DNA of 64,000 bases, taken from contig MGCS01000002.1 in assembly GCA_001790515.1 (NCBI GenBank), positions 48,234 through 112,233 on the forward strand, written 5' to 3'. Positions 63,723 through 64,000 of the stretch are shown here, piece by piece. The translations under genes were made by a program, and so were the position numbers. Below the pieces are notes generated by a model. That model made no database searches and had not been told where the DNA came from. It saw nothing but the letters and a program-made list of their open reading frames with translations. Positions within the stretch are counted from its first letter, which is position 1. Each line of letters begins with the position of its first letter. Source of the DNA: Candidatus Saccharibacteria bacterium RIFCSPHIGHO2_12_FULL_44_22. Its GTDB lineage: Bacteria > Patescibacteriota > Saccharimonadia > Saccharimonadales > Saccharimonadaceae.

Positions 63723-64000
63723 TTAGCGAGAAGGAAGTTCATACTGAAGCCGAAGATAGTCAACATAGATCGTTCTCGACGTCATTCCGGTTGTTTTTCT
63801 GATACCACTCAGTATGGATTGTCCGACTGTTGTCGTTATATTTGAAGTAATAGGCGCAGGACATGTATAGGTATTCGTATCATCACTGGCGACAAATGTT
63901 GCCGCAGTACCAGCACTATTTACCGCCATTTGCAGGTTGTACCATTTATCGCTATCGACAGTCACACCCAGATCACACGTCGTCTCTGCTCCAGCTGACG
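63723..64000 (-). CDS. 3' end of a larger gene (partial); beta-sandwich/lectin-like C-terminus
   Basis: The frame is open to the window edge. It ends RTIYVDYLRLQYELPSR, similar in style to the GH16 end VDYVRVWQ. Confidence 0.45.
   Translation of the reverse strand, partial: SAGAETTCDLGVTVDSDKWYNLQMAVNSAGTAATFVASDDTNTYTCPAPITSNITTTVGQSILSGIRKTTGMTSRTIYVDYLRLQYELPSR

Noticed and set aside
1-64000. CRISPR arrays, rRNA, tRNA genes, reverse transcriptase/DGR, toxin-antitoxin pairs
   Set aside because: I saw no regularly spaced direct repeats, no rRNA-like or cloverleaf-compatible segments in the intergenic regions, and no YxDD-type RT motif in any track ORF. Absence is by eye only and should be confirmed with tRNAscan-SE, Infernal and a CRISPR finder.

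Overview
This is a 64-kb segment of a streamlined bacterial chromosome of roughly 45% GC. It uses the standard genetic code: TGA, TAG and TAA all terminate well-supported genes. The gene content includes pilM/N/O pilus assembly genes, two RNase J paralogues, S6-SSB-S18, EF-P, PNPase, FtsK, YchF, TlyA, TruB, MutM, HolA, S15 and S20, with almost no biosynthesis. Together with charged low-complexity tails on core proteins, this suggests a Patescibacteria/CPR, Saccharibacteria-like epibiont (inference only). Nearly everything is coding, and I saw no rRNA, tRNA or CRISPR array by eye. Three things stand out. (1) Five genes (30319..31773, 44291..45862, 48196..49950, 53431..54174, 54834..56111) start with the same N-terminal module MARLPQPGGDxGNWGxILNDYL. 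They then carry unrelated tail-fibre/tailspike-like heads: an SGNH esterase, a parallel beta-helix depolymerase-like domain and a T/S-rich fibre. No phage structural genes lie nearby, so this is a candidate modular surface-fibre/host-recognition system. (2) An 11,437-bp element (25771..37207) splits an ABC-2 permease gene. It is bounded by 25-bp imperfect inverted repeats and an 8-bp target duplication (TAAATAAT). It carries an IS1595-family transposase plus cargo: two T4SS-coupling-protein-like ATPases (one with an in-frame TAG), two replication-relaxation proteins, a high-GC tyrosine recombinase and one fibre-family member. (3) That fibre gene is a compositional chimera. An AT-rich native-type promoter and the first ~90 codons are fused in frame to a ~70% GC esterase head, next to the equally GC-rich recombinase. 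This implies the head was acquired from a high-GC (actinobacterial-type) donor. Other points are a GC-rich single-gene island encoding a secreted LIP-family lipase, a pilin fused to a carbohydrate-binding-like domain, a ~370-nt intergenic region with two covarying structured repeats, and start-proximal -10 boxes suggesting leaderless mRNAs. All non-ORF coordinates were counted by hand and may be off by a base or two. Family assignments rest on motifs I recognise, not on database searches.
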